A stretch of DNA of 64,000 nt from Novakomyces olei (Eukaryota). How positions within the stretch are numbered: position 1 is the stretch's first letter; each line of letters opens with the position of its first letter. Shown in pieces: positions 38,279 to 51,164 of this stretch. The position numbers were made by a program, and so were the translations under genes. Location of the stretch: NCBI GenBank assembly GCA_016906335.1, contig JADEYG010000007.1:2356001-2420000 (forward strand), in the 5' to 3' direction. The notes under the pieces were generated by a model. That model saw only the letters and a program-made list of their open reading frames with translations. It had not been told where the DNA came from and searched no databases.

Positions 38279-40219
38279 ATACATAGTTAATTAATTAATT
38301 AAAGGTATAATAAGCCTACCGAATCGTCCACAAACGGATCTACTTCCCCACACAAAATATACGTGGGCGGAAACCGTTCGAGTAGGGATTTTGGAGCCAG
38401 TAGCGGCGACAAAAGATAGTCAGACGATACGTCTATATTCACATGTGGTCCAACATAACTCATCGCCATGAGTCGCTACATGCTTATTAGCAAGGAGGAA
38501 TAAGAAAAAGCCAGTAATAATTTAAAATCGAATAAATAATTTTTAATAATAATTCAAAAATAATATTGATAGAAAAATAATAAAAAAACGGCCAATACCA
38601 TCATATCAGGCGAGATGATTCTGTCTTGGTAGTACGTAACTCGCGACGTCATTACGAGAGGGCGCATCTTTTCTTTAGGCCGCGCCTTTTCTTTACGACC
38701 AACGGTGGCCGTGTTTGCTACGGCTGTCAAAGCAGAAACAGCAGGCTCACCTGAACGATCGATGCGTCTCGAAGCCTGCATCCATGACCGACTTGTCTTT
38801 CTTTCAATAACGGAATTATTCTTAAATAAATCATTCTTGCTTTCCTGCCGAACGAGCCTTAGATGATTAGAGTTCATCCAAGTATCGATATTAAAATCTA
38901 GAAATGGGTACACAAGAACAAGACCATCGGGCGGGGTTACTGCGTCCGGCTGCCCGCGCCGACTAAGACTTTCAAGTGTAACTCCTGCCGCAAAATTGCC
39001 TCCACTTGATGCCGTTAGTATTCATAAAGAGGTGTTAACTATATTCAATAAATCAATCTTACGCAGAGTCTCCAATGAGGGCAATTTTGTCCAAGGTGCG
39101 GTCTTCGATTCCGGCACAGGCGCCACGCGTTAATCTTAGAGCGCGGTACACGTCAATGCATTCGTTTATTTGGTAAGGATAGGTTTTCTCCGGTGCCTTG
39201 ATATAGTTCACGCTCAGAATAGGGACTTTGAGTTTTCGTGCCCATGGAATTATGCAGTCTGCCAGAGTAAGCGGGGCATGAGAGAAAAGGAACAAGAAAG
39301 CAAATGTAATAGACATAAGATGAATGGAAAAGTATGTGCTGCAAGATGAAAAAAGAATAAATAAAAGCATAAAGCAACCAAAATACTGGCCAACCTTCGT
39401 GACACTGAGGAGACATTGAAATAAACCCGCCGCCTGGTAAATGAAGAACCAAGTGCCGCTGTGATCGAAGACTCAACTCGCTGCCGTCGTAGTATAGAAA
39501 GCACTCAACTGGGTCCTCTGCTTCCCGGTGTATAAGAATGCGACGCCTGATTTCAATAGAAGGAGTTACGAGCCAAGCAAGAAAGTGCAGTACCGGCGTT
39601 GTAGATTTCTCCCAGCTGCAACGTAGATGCTCTACAGTCGCCATAGACTTGATCTTCCTCGTTTTTATATCCGCATCTTCGGCAAAGGCCAGATAGTATA
39701 CTGTGAAAAGCATTTCTGCCGTATTACGTAGCCACATGGGTCTAATCGTCATTGCCGTCCAGAACCCAGCGTCCCTAAAGATTAGCTCAGTCTGCCGCAT
39801 AACTTTTATTTTAGATTATTCCAGTTTAGCTCAGTTCAGTTTGTTTTAGACGTATGCTTGAGCTACTCTTACATTGCGGTCAGGATCCATGTAGCCCGGT
39901 AAAAAGACCGACTGTACTGATAACCATTAGAATCACGTATTACACAGGAAATTACCATATAAGCCAAAGGCTCAACCGCGCCAAGGCCCAGCAATTTGTC
40001 CATGTTTTTCAAGAGGTAAACAAAATTCAACGTTCCGACAACGAGCTGCCACGCAGAAAAGCGGGTAGAAAGCCGTTTGCTCAATGATTGTAAAAACAAC
40101 AGTTTCGGTCCATGAGTTGGACTCACGTGCAAAACAAAGAGCCAAAAGGCAAGAGAAAAAAGAGACTGCAAACGCTTGACGTTTGCCGATCCCGGCCGTC
40201 CTGCAATATGATCAATCAT
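37762..40219 (-). CDS. Hormone-sensitive-lipase-like alpha/beta hydrolase, 7 exons
   Basis: MIDHIAGRP, LHLPGGGF, VNYIKAPE..YP, GDSA|GGN split by an intron, GEVDPFVDDS, GVSHGFL. Confidence 0.9.
38230..38300. repeat. (TAAA)n/(TTAA)n microsatellite in the last lipase intron
   Basis: Tandem array read directly from the sequence. Confidence 0.9.
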
Positions 40220-40392
40220 TGAAGGATTTTGCTATACAAGTGCCTTTTCCATGTGCCGTTGATGTTTTCTCTTATAAACCTCATTTTCACGTGAAGATCA
40301 GACGAGACTGTGGGGTATGCATAAATGAAGCGTTTTGATTGGCTCAAGAAAAGGGGCTAGGACATTTTTCTATGGAAAATTAGGTAGTCGAT

Positions 40393-40771
40393 AATAAATA
40401 CAATAAATACAATAAATACAATAAATACAATAAATACAATAAATACAATAAATACAATAAATACAATAAATACAATAAATACAATAAATACAATAAATAC
40501 AATAAATACAATAAATACAATAAATACAATAAATACAATAAATACAATAAATACAATAAATACAATAAATACAATAAATACAATAAATACAATAAATACA
40601 ATAAATACAATAAATACAATAATACAATAAATACAATAAATACAATAAATACAATAAATACAATAAATACAATAAATACAATAAATACAATAAATACAAT
40701 AAATACAATAAATACAATAAATACAATAAATACAATAAATACAATAAATACAATAAATACAATAAATACAA
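40393..40771. repeat. (AATAAATAC)n 9-nt satellite of about 42 units, with one variant near 40620
   Basis: Tandem array between the MMS22 stop and the lipase start. Confidence 0.98.
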
Positions 40772-40894
40772 TATTGACATCCCATAGTTTATTACAGAAT
40801 ACTAAATACAGTATTCGACGTCTATAAAACAACAAACTCAAACTTTATACAATTTCTAACACTCCTTTCCTGCAAATCCCCAATAATATAGAAC

Positions 40895-43800
40895 TCAACC
40901 GCGATTCTGCCAACACTCGCGTAGAATCGCCAGCTTGCTCAGCCTGGGCAATTTGGCAAAACAGGCATTTACGCCGACTTGTGCGCTATTCCCGAGTTTG
41001 CAGGTATGCGATATGAACGTGACGAGACTGTGCGTAAAGCGGCCCACATCTGCTCCCTCGTTTTCCGGACCTAAAAGTAGCCCAGGACGATCATTTTGCC
41101 CCGCAAATCCGTCCGGTGGAAGCATAGTGAACACTGTACCCCGACAATGAGAGAAAGCAGGTAGATCCACGCCGACAGCAGCATTAGTGTCTCGGCCTCT
41201 AAACGCCTTGGCAATAAACTCGGCAAGGCAGTTTATAAAGTGTAGAAGCAGACGCTCTACAGCATCCACACGTGCTTCGGCCGCTGATGACAATGTTAGT
41301 ACGGCAAACAGGGTCATCGAGTCACAAATGCGACCGACTGAGCATAGGATTACTGGATTGCTGTGAGCACAATCGCCTTGACTTAGACGGCAGACAAAGG
41401 CAGTAGCAGCAGCATGAAACTGGGCAAAGAATCTGTTGAACAGGGACCAGCACTCGGCATAGCAGTTGCTGCCCGCCTGAGGCCACTCGGCCATAACAAG
41501 CGAAGCAAAGCCGCCGAGCAGGGTACAAGTTCGTTTCACGTCTGGGAGCAGTTCACTGTGTATTTGATAGTGCAAAAGGTCTCGGCACACGATTTCCTGT
41601 AGGAAATAATCCTGGTAAACAAGCAATGCATCTGTCGATGCATTGTGCTGGCCAGCAGTCGTCAGCATTTTGGCAATAATCAACTGAGCACCCGAGTCGG
41701 CGTAGGGGTCGCTGATATGTACATTAGTGCTACTATCCGTCTGCGAATGAGCGGCAGTTTGTGACATTATGTAGGCCAGCAGGTAAGCCTTCTTGCCGTC
41801 TGTACTGTCCCCATGAAAAAGCAGATGGCTTCGAGCGTTTTGAGCAGAAGCAAGCAGACCTCCAATGGCAGCTGAAAAACTAGTATGCTGTACAAACCAG
41901 TGCAAAGCCTCGCTGTCTGAAATAAAAGGCTGCGCGTACTGGACAACAAGGTCCAGAACAGACTGGCAAAACTTGCGGTAAGCCAAAGTGGCTGTAGACA
42001 CGGAGGACGTAGACGCAAAAGGTCTATTGCTTAGCGACTGACGCGTCTCTGTGCGCTTATAGCCTGCTTTCAAAGAGACCAGTATTGCCTGTACGTTTTC
42101 TGCGTACTCATACCGAAGCGCCTGGCCGTAGACTTGTCCCTGATCTCGGACACATTTCACGTACTCTGCATTCATATTCGCCAGCGCAATTTCAAGCAGA
42201 AAAGCTCTGCTCAAAGGATCAGCAACGCTACCAGTCAAATGCTGCAGTTGCGCCAAGAGTGGGTGGAGGCAGTCTTTTGTTAGCAAACGTGTCAACGTCT
42301 GCAAGCTCTGGCTCTGCTCATCAAACGGCTGGACCATTGCACTAAACCAGCAACGCAGAATCGAAGTGGGGGCAGACGCAAAAGCACTGCTGTCCTTCTG
42401 CAGTACACAGGCCATGAAAAAGGACTCATGCTCCTGCTTACTGGCACTCCTTTGAATACGTGACCATCCCTGGCTCCCACTGTCGATAAAATACTGCCAG
42501 TCGCGCATTCTAAACATGACAAGGTAGTGGCAAAATGTTGTCCATTTTGTTATCAAATCCTCAACGGCACCTCGACTGACGGAAGCTTCTTCCGACAACC
42601 AGCTGCTCAGTGTCTGGAATACGGCGGGAGATACTGCAACGAGATCAGCATACGCATTCGCCTCTAGCCACATCGTTTGGCCAGAAACAAGATCTTCAAT
42701 GTCAAACGTGTCCTCATACTCTTGGCTATCGTCAGGCAGGCTTTGCCTCTGCACGGCTGTTGCTCCCGTGCCGGGCTGGATTGCATACAACATTTCACAG
42801 AAATGTACTACAAAGTCCATACAGCACAGCACCACATGGGGGCGGAAATCAAAAGAATTTGTCATTATCGCATCGACAGATTCTGTGGCACTTTAGTCAA
42901 TGTTCTATAAAAAAATAGAAAAAATGGGGAAAATAGGAAAAATAGGAAAAATGGAGAAAATAAAGAAAAATAAATAAATTAAATAAAAGTAGTGAATTAA
43001 AAAAAAAAAAAAAAACAGCGAATTGAAGGACTTTTTCCATTGGCTGAGACTCCAAAACTAACCTCTTGGAAACAGTTTTGTCGTGGCAAAGTGATCAATA
43101 TTCACAAATTTCAATAGCCTCGCAAACTCCGTAAATGCTGAGCAGACTAGTATCTCGTTTTTCCGCAAATTTTTGTCGTCTAATTGGGATCCAAGCTTTG
43201 TTTGCACTTGGCTGTGTAAAGTTCTATGCGTGTCCCTGTTTCTCTCCTCCTCCCTGTCATGGACCGCTCTGTTTTCATTTGCCTTGAAAGAGGACACTAC
43301 CAGGGCACAGAGTTGGGCAGTGACCTGTCTAAACCACTGTAAGGGTAAAAGCAAGTCAATAGAGTGCTGAAGACTATGCTGCATTATACAGTACCATGAT
43401 CGCAGCTCAATGACGTACGAGTCGAACCCCGAGACGGGTAAAGGGTGAGCAAAGTCTCTAATCATATCCACGGAAGGTCTTCCTTTCCCGGGAACTACAC
43501 AGAAAAGGCAGACCAGGAGGGACACGACATTTCGGACAGACAGCCACAGGCTCCCCGAATCTCGAGGCACACCTACTGGAGTGAGCAGGTAGGGAACATT
43601 TGCAAGTCCCTGACCAGCGCTAGAGTCCCGAAAAAAATCCACAATTAATTTCAAAAAAGCCGTGAAAGCATCGTCTGTTGCCTCGGGCTCAAAGACTGCT
43701 TTTGTGTCAATTTCAAACATAAACTGAGGCAGAGAAGACGGTAGGGTAAAATCGTCTGTGATGGCAAACTTGTACTGCTTAAAATGGTCATAAAAAAGCT

Positions 43801-46800
43801 TGATTGCCTCCCGTCCACCGTCCCAAAGCCAAATAATTTTTAAATTGATAACTCGAGCAATGAGCGTGTTTAAATACGTGGCATTCAGCCTTGGACGTGC
43901 TCGGCACAGACTCAGGCCCTTCGACAAGAGCGCTAGAATGGCTGGCCAATTGGTCAGCCGCACTCTTGCTCTGCAAACTCTGCCAGCCGAATTGAACTGC
44001 AAAAGAGCATTCAGCGTAGAAATAACGTACCAACCGCGTTCAAGGTCCGCTATATCATGGCCTTGATCAATATCAAGTGTGCTATTTACCACCTCCCAGA
44101 ACCCGGAAATGCCTTGCGCAGTATCGCTTATGCCATTGCAATAATAGAAAACCGTGATCCACCATTCAAGTACGCGTAAACACGCAAATCTGTGTTGGGA
44201 CCCAGCACGAGGGCCGGCTCTTAACTGCCGCAAAGCTGACCGTAAAGGCTCCAGCTTGAAGGAGAGCAGAGTGCGCACGTCTTTCTCCAAAGCTCTGCGG
44301 GTGCTGTTCAACCGGGACTCTTGGTCAAGCAGATCTTCCTGCCGCAATTCCTCTGAGCAACCAAAATCAACCATCATTCGGAAAACTGTGGAAAAGCAGT
44401 TGAGCATGATAAAGTACTGTGCCCTCAAGGATTCACAGTCGGCGAATATATCGCTCTGGCCAGAGACAGCAACGTCCTGGCTTGAATGAGATAGTATTTG
44501 CTGCAACTGCTTTGCACAGAGATCCGTCCCAGCATGGCCACGTCTTTGCAAAAGTGTCTCCACAACACGGCACAGAAAAGTGTACGCTTCATTTACATGA
44601 GCAGCTGTGCAATTTTCCCTATTATTTGCAGTAGAATGGCTTTCAATAGCGGTGTCGGTATTCTTACGCAGCCAGGCGGATACAATAGGGGCAATTTCCA
44701 GCGTGCTAGCGCTCTTTAAAGCTACAAATTGGCAGCGCAGACTCTGTGGCACATGGCTACTACTGCCAAACGTCTTGTGCGCGTCTAATATAAAGGGCAA
44801 GTAGTCTACTAGCCCGGCGCCAATGTCCGAGGCACTAGTGCCGCAGGGCAGTAGAGCCATCTCAAACGCAACTGAATAGACTTGCCCGTCCAGCAACTTG
44901 TCCAGGCTATCTGTAGCCTCTATGCTTGCCAATTCGCTGCCTCGTCTACCCCTCACAGACGTCTGGGTTATAAACCCGTCAAAGTCATTGACGGCTCGAC
45001 GCCTGGCGAGGAACTTTTGGCGTCTTGCTACTGTGGGCCTCGTGGGCCTCGTGGGCCTTGCCGTATTGGGTCTCTGCAAGATTGCAGCAGTCTCGGGCAA
45101 AGACGGCTCTGCCTCTTTATTCCCATTGCCATTACCATCACCGTTATCACTGCCTTCAGTCTGCAATCGAGGTACCACTGACCTCTGCCCAGGCGCCATT
45201 GCCATTGCCATTGCCATTTTCTGACGTAAAGCCAGTCTATCAACCTGTGCTTTGAACCTCGACTGCCGATCAGCAACTGCTGCTTGCCGTACTGCTTCCT
45301 GAGCACGCAGTACCGACCTCTGTACGGCCGGCCGTGTTCTAGACTGCATAGAATAGGGAGCCATTCGCTTACTGGCCGGCCGCTGAGCAAATTCACCCGT
45401 CTCCGTTTCAAGATCACCAGATCTTACAGCGGGAGCCCTATGGAAATGAAACCCGAAATCGTCGAGTGTAGGGGCCGGTGCGTGTGCACGAGGCACACGC
45501 CTGTGCCTATTGTCGGCATTTTCTTTGCATTGTGAAGACGTAAATGTAGAGCAGTGAGACTTTATAGACATTGCCACATCTTCACGGTCAGACTCTGCAA
45601 AAAACTGGAATTTTTTACGTCCTGCAGCCGCTGTAGAGGAAACAAAATTAAACGGACGGATATTGTTGCTTCTTTGCAAAACTGATCTACGAGCAATCCT
45701 CAAGTCTTGTGGCACTGACTGGCCCTGGCGACCGAGATCTTGAGCACGCTGAACGATGTCAAACATTGCTGGTTTCGCAGTTTTCATGTACTTTTCAATC
45801 CTCTTGTTTGTACTAGATCCGGTATTGCGATGCCGTCTTTTACGCCTACGTCGTTTGCTATGTGGAAGCATGTAATCGATCGCATTTGATTCTCGTAGTA
45901 CTGGCAGCGAGTGCAGAGACGACTGCCGATCTGGAGCAGTCCTCTCCCTAGGATGAGAAAAGGAATGAGAAAAGGTATTGCTAGAGTCTTGTAAACCATA
46001 CTCTGATACCGACGGACTAGAATCGTCGCCCGAGCTGACGTGTATATGCCGCCCGCCAGCAGGCACGAGAGAAGGAGGAGGCGACTGTGGAAAGACCCTC
46101 TGCGGCGATCCTTGTAGTGGCGGAGACTGTGCAGTATTCGATTCTTGGGATCCATCAGAGAATTTGTCTAGCGCCCACGACTTTGTGTCTCGAACCCCTT
46201 GATTAAGCCGTCTTCGTGCGACTCCCCTTTGACCTGGCTGCTGAGCGTTGGACCAGGGCATCCGTTTCCTTTGAAAATCCGCCCTGGCTTCACGTCTTTT
46301 CTGTTCCATTATCTTGATTCTGAGATAAGATCCAGGCAGAACATGGGCCTGCCTTAGACGAGCGGCCATTTCATCCTCACTGTCTCTACTAGTGCGCGTG
46401 TCGCTGCCGCGGGACAAGGGCGGCTCTGACTGATCAGAGCGGGAAGAACTAGATTCATTATCGCTGAGGGAAATGACACGTCTCCTCTCCAAAGCCTTTG
46501 CTTTCCTTTCTTCAAGGCGCCGTTGCTCATGCCGTCGAGGGTCAACTGCACGTTTTAAACGCTTACGCCTTGAAAACGAGTCTAGCGGGTCTAACAATGA
46601 ATCATAGTCGTCTTCACCAGAGTCATGTGCAGCTCTTGTAGCCGGTGTTGCGCCTTGTGATCCGTCCAGTTGATCCAATCCCGTTTGTATCTGCTCCGTT
46701 TGCTCAGGCACATTGGCCTCCTCTTCATAGGCATCATCAGAGCCTGATGAATGCATATACCCGACATCTGGGACAAACTTGCCGAGCCTTAGCCTTACAG

Positions 46801-47255
46801 GCTTAACTCCTGCTTGGGTAAAGAGCTTGTGATGCTGGTAAAAGTCATATGAATAAGGGTTTAATTGCTGCGGTTTACGAGGCCGAAACTGGTGCCGTGG
46901 AGGTTCGACTTCCGTGCCAATAGCAATGTCAATAGGTACGTCTGCTGGTAATTGGTCTGGAGGCAGTTGACCAGGAACATTTACGGGCCTGGGCGCTGTT
47001 AGCTCAAGATACTATTTGATTAAAAGGAATAAAAAGGAATACAAAAGAACAAAAAAAGTTAAAAAAATAAAATAAAAAAAGGCCAAATCCAAATTGTAAA
47101 ACATGTCTCGTATACCCGCTCGAACCGTCGACGGTGGCGTCAGAGTCAGAAAACCAGGAATCGGCACCTGATGTCTGGCTGTCTGGAACTTCTGGCGCTG
47201 TGCGTGGCGAAGGTAAGCCTTTTGTAAGCACAGCGCCACCACTGACGTCATTCAT
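40895..47255 (-). CDS. MMS22: Mms22/Mus7 replication-fork repair protein, 3 exons
   Basis: RHQFRPRKPQQLNPY...GVKPVR, VLPGSYLR, AIDYML, DLRIARR, LERGWY..LLQFNSAG, TNW motifs; introns ~47114-46989 and ~43062-42883. Confidence 0.8.
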
Positions 47256-47774
47256 GAAGCTTTCAACACGTCAAAACGCGATTATTCTCGTGGACAAACG
47301 CCATACTGTGCTGCCGTGTCGCGTTAGCAGTTGGCCGTTGTGCAGTGCTCTTGTTCATTTATCATTTTATTGTTTGAATAATAGAATATTATTCAGAATA
47401 TCTATTCAGAATATCTATTTAGATATTTATTCAGAATATTAATTCAGAGTATTCAATTATCACTGCTAAATGATTAATTATTCGCCCAATAAATAAACGA
47501 TTTTATCCATACAATGGAGCTGTTAAGGCATTGTTTCCTTTTCGTGCATAGACTGTTCGACGTTTCATTGGCGGAGACGGCCATTATCTTCTTTTATACG
47601 TCAGTTTACAGTACAGAATCAATCCTGCTTGTGTCACATTTCCACGCGTACTCGACCGCTCTTTCTGTAATTTTGTAATTCTTTGTAGACACGGACGGCG
47701 ATTTAATTGTATTCCAAAAGATCAAAAAAATTAATAAATGCTCTGCTGACATTATACACTCTGTCGCGTGCAGA

Positions 47775-49541
47775 ATGAGCTTTCATGGGGACGACAAGAG
47801 TCGCAGGATGACGAGCTACGGCCGAGGCTCCTGGCAACGTGGCTCGAAGGCAGTACATATAGCGAAAAGTAAGGTGAACGCTATCGCCCGGCGCAGGCGC
47901 ATGCTTTACATTGTAGCTGCCGCAATTGCGTTATTATGGTGGTGGCGGTTTATAGCGCACTCTTCCGACGGGAGCAGGGACTCGGCAAGGCGCAGTCCGC
48001 TCAAGAAAGACGATTATCCTGATAACGGCCATAGAGAAAAGGCGACGCTTGTTATGCTGGCACGGTAGGCTATTCCATTTGACTGCTCTATCTGTCGGCT
48101 TCAAATGCTTATTTTTATTCGATTTTCTAATCCATTATTGGCGCGGTCCAAGCCTTGATTACTCCTGCTTCTGTTTACTCAATGCCAAAATCTTTGTCTA
48201 ACTGATTAAAGCAACGAAGAGCTGAGCGAAGTACTCAGTTCCATGCGACAGATCGAGGATAGATTTAACTACAAATTCAAATACCCGTGGACGTTTTTGA
48301 ACGATAAGCCGTTCAGCACGCGTTTCATACAGTATACGTCAGGAATGGCGAGTGGGGAGACCAGCTACGGTATGAATTGCCGATTTTTTTTATGGGGTTT
48401 GTTTAATACATTTCTAATCGATGCTGGTATAGGTCAGGTGAGCGAAAAGCAATGGAGCGTACCAGACGCGATTGACAAAGACCGATTGGAAAGAGCAATG
48501 CAGAAAATGGTCAGCGAAAATGTATTGTACGGTGGTTCTATATCGTACCGGCACATGTGCAGGTTTAATTCAGGTTTTTTTTTCAGACACAAGCTGCTCG
48601 AACCGTACGATTACTATTGGCGTGTAGAGCCTAGTATTGGATTTTCTTGCGATCTCGAATAGTATGTAGTTGTACCTACAATTTGCTCTCTCTGTGGCCT
48701 TGCTAACCGGTCAAGCGATCCGTTTACGTTTATGCGTGAGAATGACAAAAAGTACGGATTTGTTATCACGATGCCAGAGTAAGTACCAGCTGCATTCTAC
48801 AGCAGCCGATTCTTCGATCTGTTTCTGATTACTGTTCTTGTTACCATATCCTGCTTTTAATTTCAAAACTATTTATGAGCCTGATTCTTCAGCTTCAATT
48901 CTAATTCCAACAGATACTTCAACACGATCGAGACCCTCTGGCCTACTACGCAAGCATTCTTCAAAAGCAATCCTCAGCTTATTGCTCAAAATAACAGTCT
49001 ACCATTCATAGTTGACAGCGAAGACGCGCGGATGGAGCCAACCATAGATGGCGCCTACAATGGATGCCACTTTTGGTCGAATTTTGAAATAGGCGATCTC
49101 AATTTTTGGCGCTCGCCTGCATACAAAGCTTATTTTGATTATCTTGACAAAGCTGGCGGATTTTATTATGAACGATGGGGCGACGCGCCTGTCCATACAC
49201 TTGCGGCAGCAATTCTCCTTCCTCGATCTCAACTTCACCATTTTGCAGACTTGGGATTCTATCATCCTCCATGGTAATTGGCCTAGCCCTCCTCACATTT
49301 GTTTCCTGCTAACCAGCTTTTGTCTGCAGGGGTCGATGCCCAAATGACGAAGACTCACATGCATCGGGACGTTGTCTCTGTGATCGAGCAGCCAGCTTTG
49401 ATTTCAATGGTAATTATTGCCATTTCATTGATTATTGCTAACGCTTTGCACCAAGGCTGGTCTTGTTTGCCGAAATATACCAAACTGAATGGGCTCCAAA
49501 AGGGCAATCCGGGATGGTCGAGTCTTACGCCACCGACATAG
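47775..49541 (+). CDS. GT15 alpha-1,2-mannosyltransferase (KRE2/KTR family), 7 exons
   Basis: Type II TM segment, KATLVMLARN, EDRFNYKFKYPWTFLND, SYRHMCRFNSGFF, YYWRVEP, CHFWSNFEI, GGFYYERWGDAPVH. Confidence 0.95.
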
Positions 49542-49659
49542 ATTCATCTTCAACTCGCATAGATTTTAATTCATTATAGCATTGACTCTGTTTCAAAGTC
49601 GGCACATAGTCTCCGGATTGCACAGAGGGATCACCACTCACAAAGGACATGGCCGATAA

Positions 49660-49716
49660 TTGCACAGCTAAGAATTGCACAGCTAAGAATTGCATAGCTA
49701 AGAATTGCATAGCTAA
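49660..49716. repeat. 15-nt minisatellite TTGCAYAGCTAAGAA, about 4 copies, between convergent genes
   Basis: Tandem array read directly from the sequence. Confidence 0.9.
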
Positions 49717-49739
49717 TAATGGCACAGTCCAATTTCACT

Positions 49740-50213
49740 CTATTCGGAGTTCTTGTTTATTAGCGGATTTCCGGGCACTACAAAGTGCCTTGAATGGGAC
49801 TCAGACGTGAGTCTGTCCCTTTTAATGCTTATTGCGTCAAATGTATCATTTTGTCGAGAACCATTCTCTCGAGTCCTCATTGTCGCGTCCTTTTCTGAGA
49901 AGCAGACTTCATTTTGACTAATATTTACCAGCGGCTCGACGTTTTTGGTGTCCACACGGCTCAGCTGGCCAATAAACTGTACCATCTGCCCAATTCTAAT
50001 CTGCAAATTCTGCAGTTCTTTCTCCTCCATGCGAGGAGCGATGGCTGCGAGTTTCATAAGGCCGATTAGCTTTTCTCGCGATAGCTTTTGCTCCTGCGAC
50101 ACTTTTGCATCGGGTATCAATTCACAAACAGACCATTTGGGTTTGCTCAAAAGCGATTTGATCTCGCTGACAGTTTTGCCCGTCTGAGCACAGCAGACCG
50201 ACGCCAGTCTCAT
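49740..50213 (-). CDS. Probable mitochondrial Glu-tRNA(Gln) amidotransferase subunit C/F-like protein
   Basis: LLSKPKWSV, LMKLAAI, FIGQLSRVDTKNVEPL, HFVVP resemble fungal GatC. Confidence 0.6.
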   Translation of the reverse strand: MRLASVCCAQTGKTVSEIKSLLSKPKWSVCELIPDAKVSQEQKLSREKLIGLMKLAAIAPRMEEKELQNLQIRIGQMVQFIGQLSRVDTKNVEPLVNISQNEVCFSEKDATMRTRENGSRQNDTFDAISIKRDRLTSESHSRHFVVPGNPLINKNSE

Positions 50214-50553
50214 CGCTGAAGATTGCGATGGATCTTATTGCTCAGTCAGACGGCAAAAGTCGCGTGTTAATATTATATTATGAATGTTTGATCTTGTGCT
50301 ACTGCTATTATTATAGTCGTTATTATAATTATTATTCATTGCAACTATTAAAATTAATTTATTATATTTAATATTAGTTGTTATATAATAATTATTATTA
50401 AATATAAAACATTTTAATTTATAATATTTCATATAATAATTGAATCAATTAATTAATAGTACTGCTAGCCTTACTTATCTCGTGCTGCCGTGATCGTATG
50501 TCGTCATAAAAACTCTCGACGGCCAAACGGGCGACTCAAACTCTGTGGCAATT

Positions 50554-50959
50554 ATGGCTTTTCGCGTTAAAATCTCGCCGGCACTAATGCCAAGCGGCAG
50601 CTTAACTCTAAGACGGTTTGCCGGAATGAAGCCCGGCCGTGCGGCACCGCCTCGTCTGAGCAAAGAAGAGCAGGCGGAGTGGGAGCGTCTACAGAAAAAG
50701 TCGGGTGGCGCGTTTTCGGAGCAGAGCACCGGTGCTCGCCAGGCGTCCGCCACTGCCGCTTCAAACCCTGAAGAGCAGTTTCATCCTGACTACGTGCGAA
50801 GACCCAAACCCGAGTTTGAAGGGAACAAAAACCCAAAGACTGGTGAGATTGGAGGGCCTAATCGCGATCCTTTAAGGTAAGATTTGCGCTTGTATGAGGA
50901 ATACTAACATGCGCAGGCACGGTGATTACAGCTTTGAGGGACGGGTTACGGATTTCTAG
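50554..50959 (+). CDS. SDH8: Succinate dehydrogenase assembly factor 4, 2 exons
   Basis: PPRLSKEEQAEWE, FEGNKNPKTGEIGGP..DPLR|HGDYSFEGRVTDF. Confidence 0.93.
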
Positions 50960-51164
50960 CGTATTTATCGTTACTTTATTCATAGGGAAAATCACAAAAT
51001 CTCGTAAAATACAGAATCTTGTAAACAACAAAATCTCGTCTCATTTACTCATTTACCGAGAATTAAATGCAATTTACCATGTCTTCTTGGATTGAGCGAA
51101 TAATATAATAGGTAGCAAATCATAAAAACCAAAACACTATTATTCCGTCTCTGCCATTGGCCCT

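Noticed and set aside
40357-40841. ORFs reading (YCI)n/(LLY)n/(IVF)n, and similar ORFs at 17424-17777, 21884-22164, 7737-8005 and 18062-18419
   Set aside because: These are translations of simple repeats
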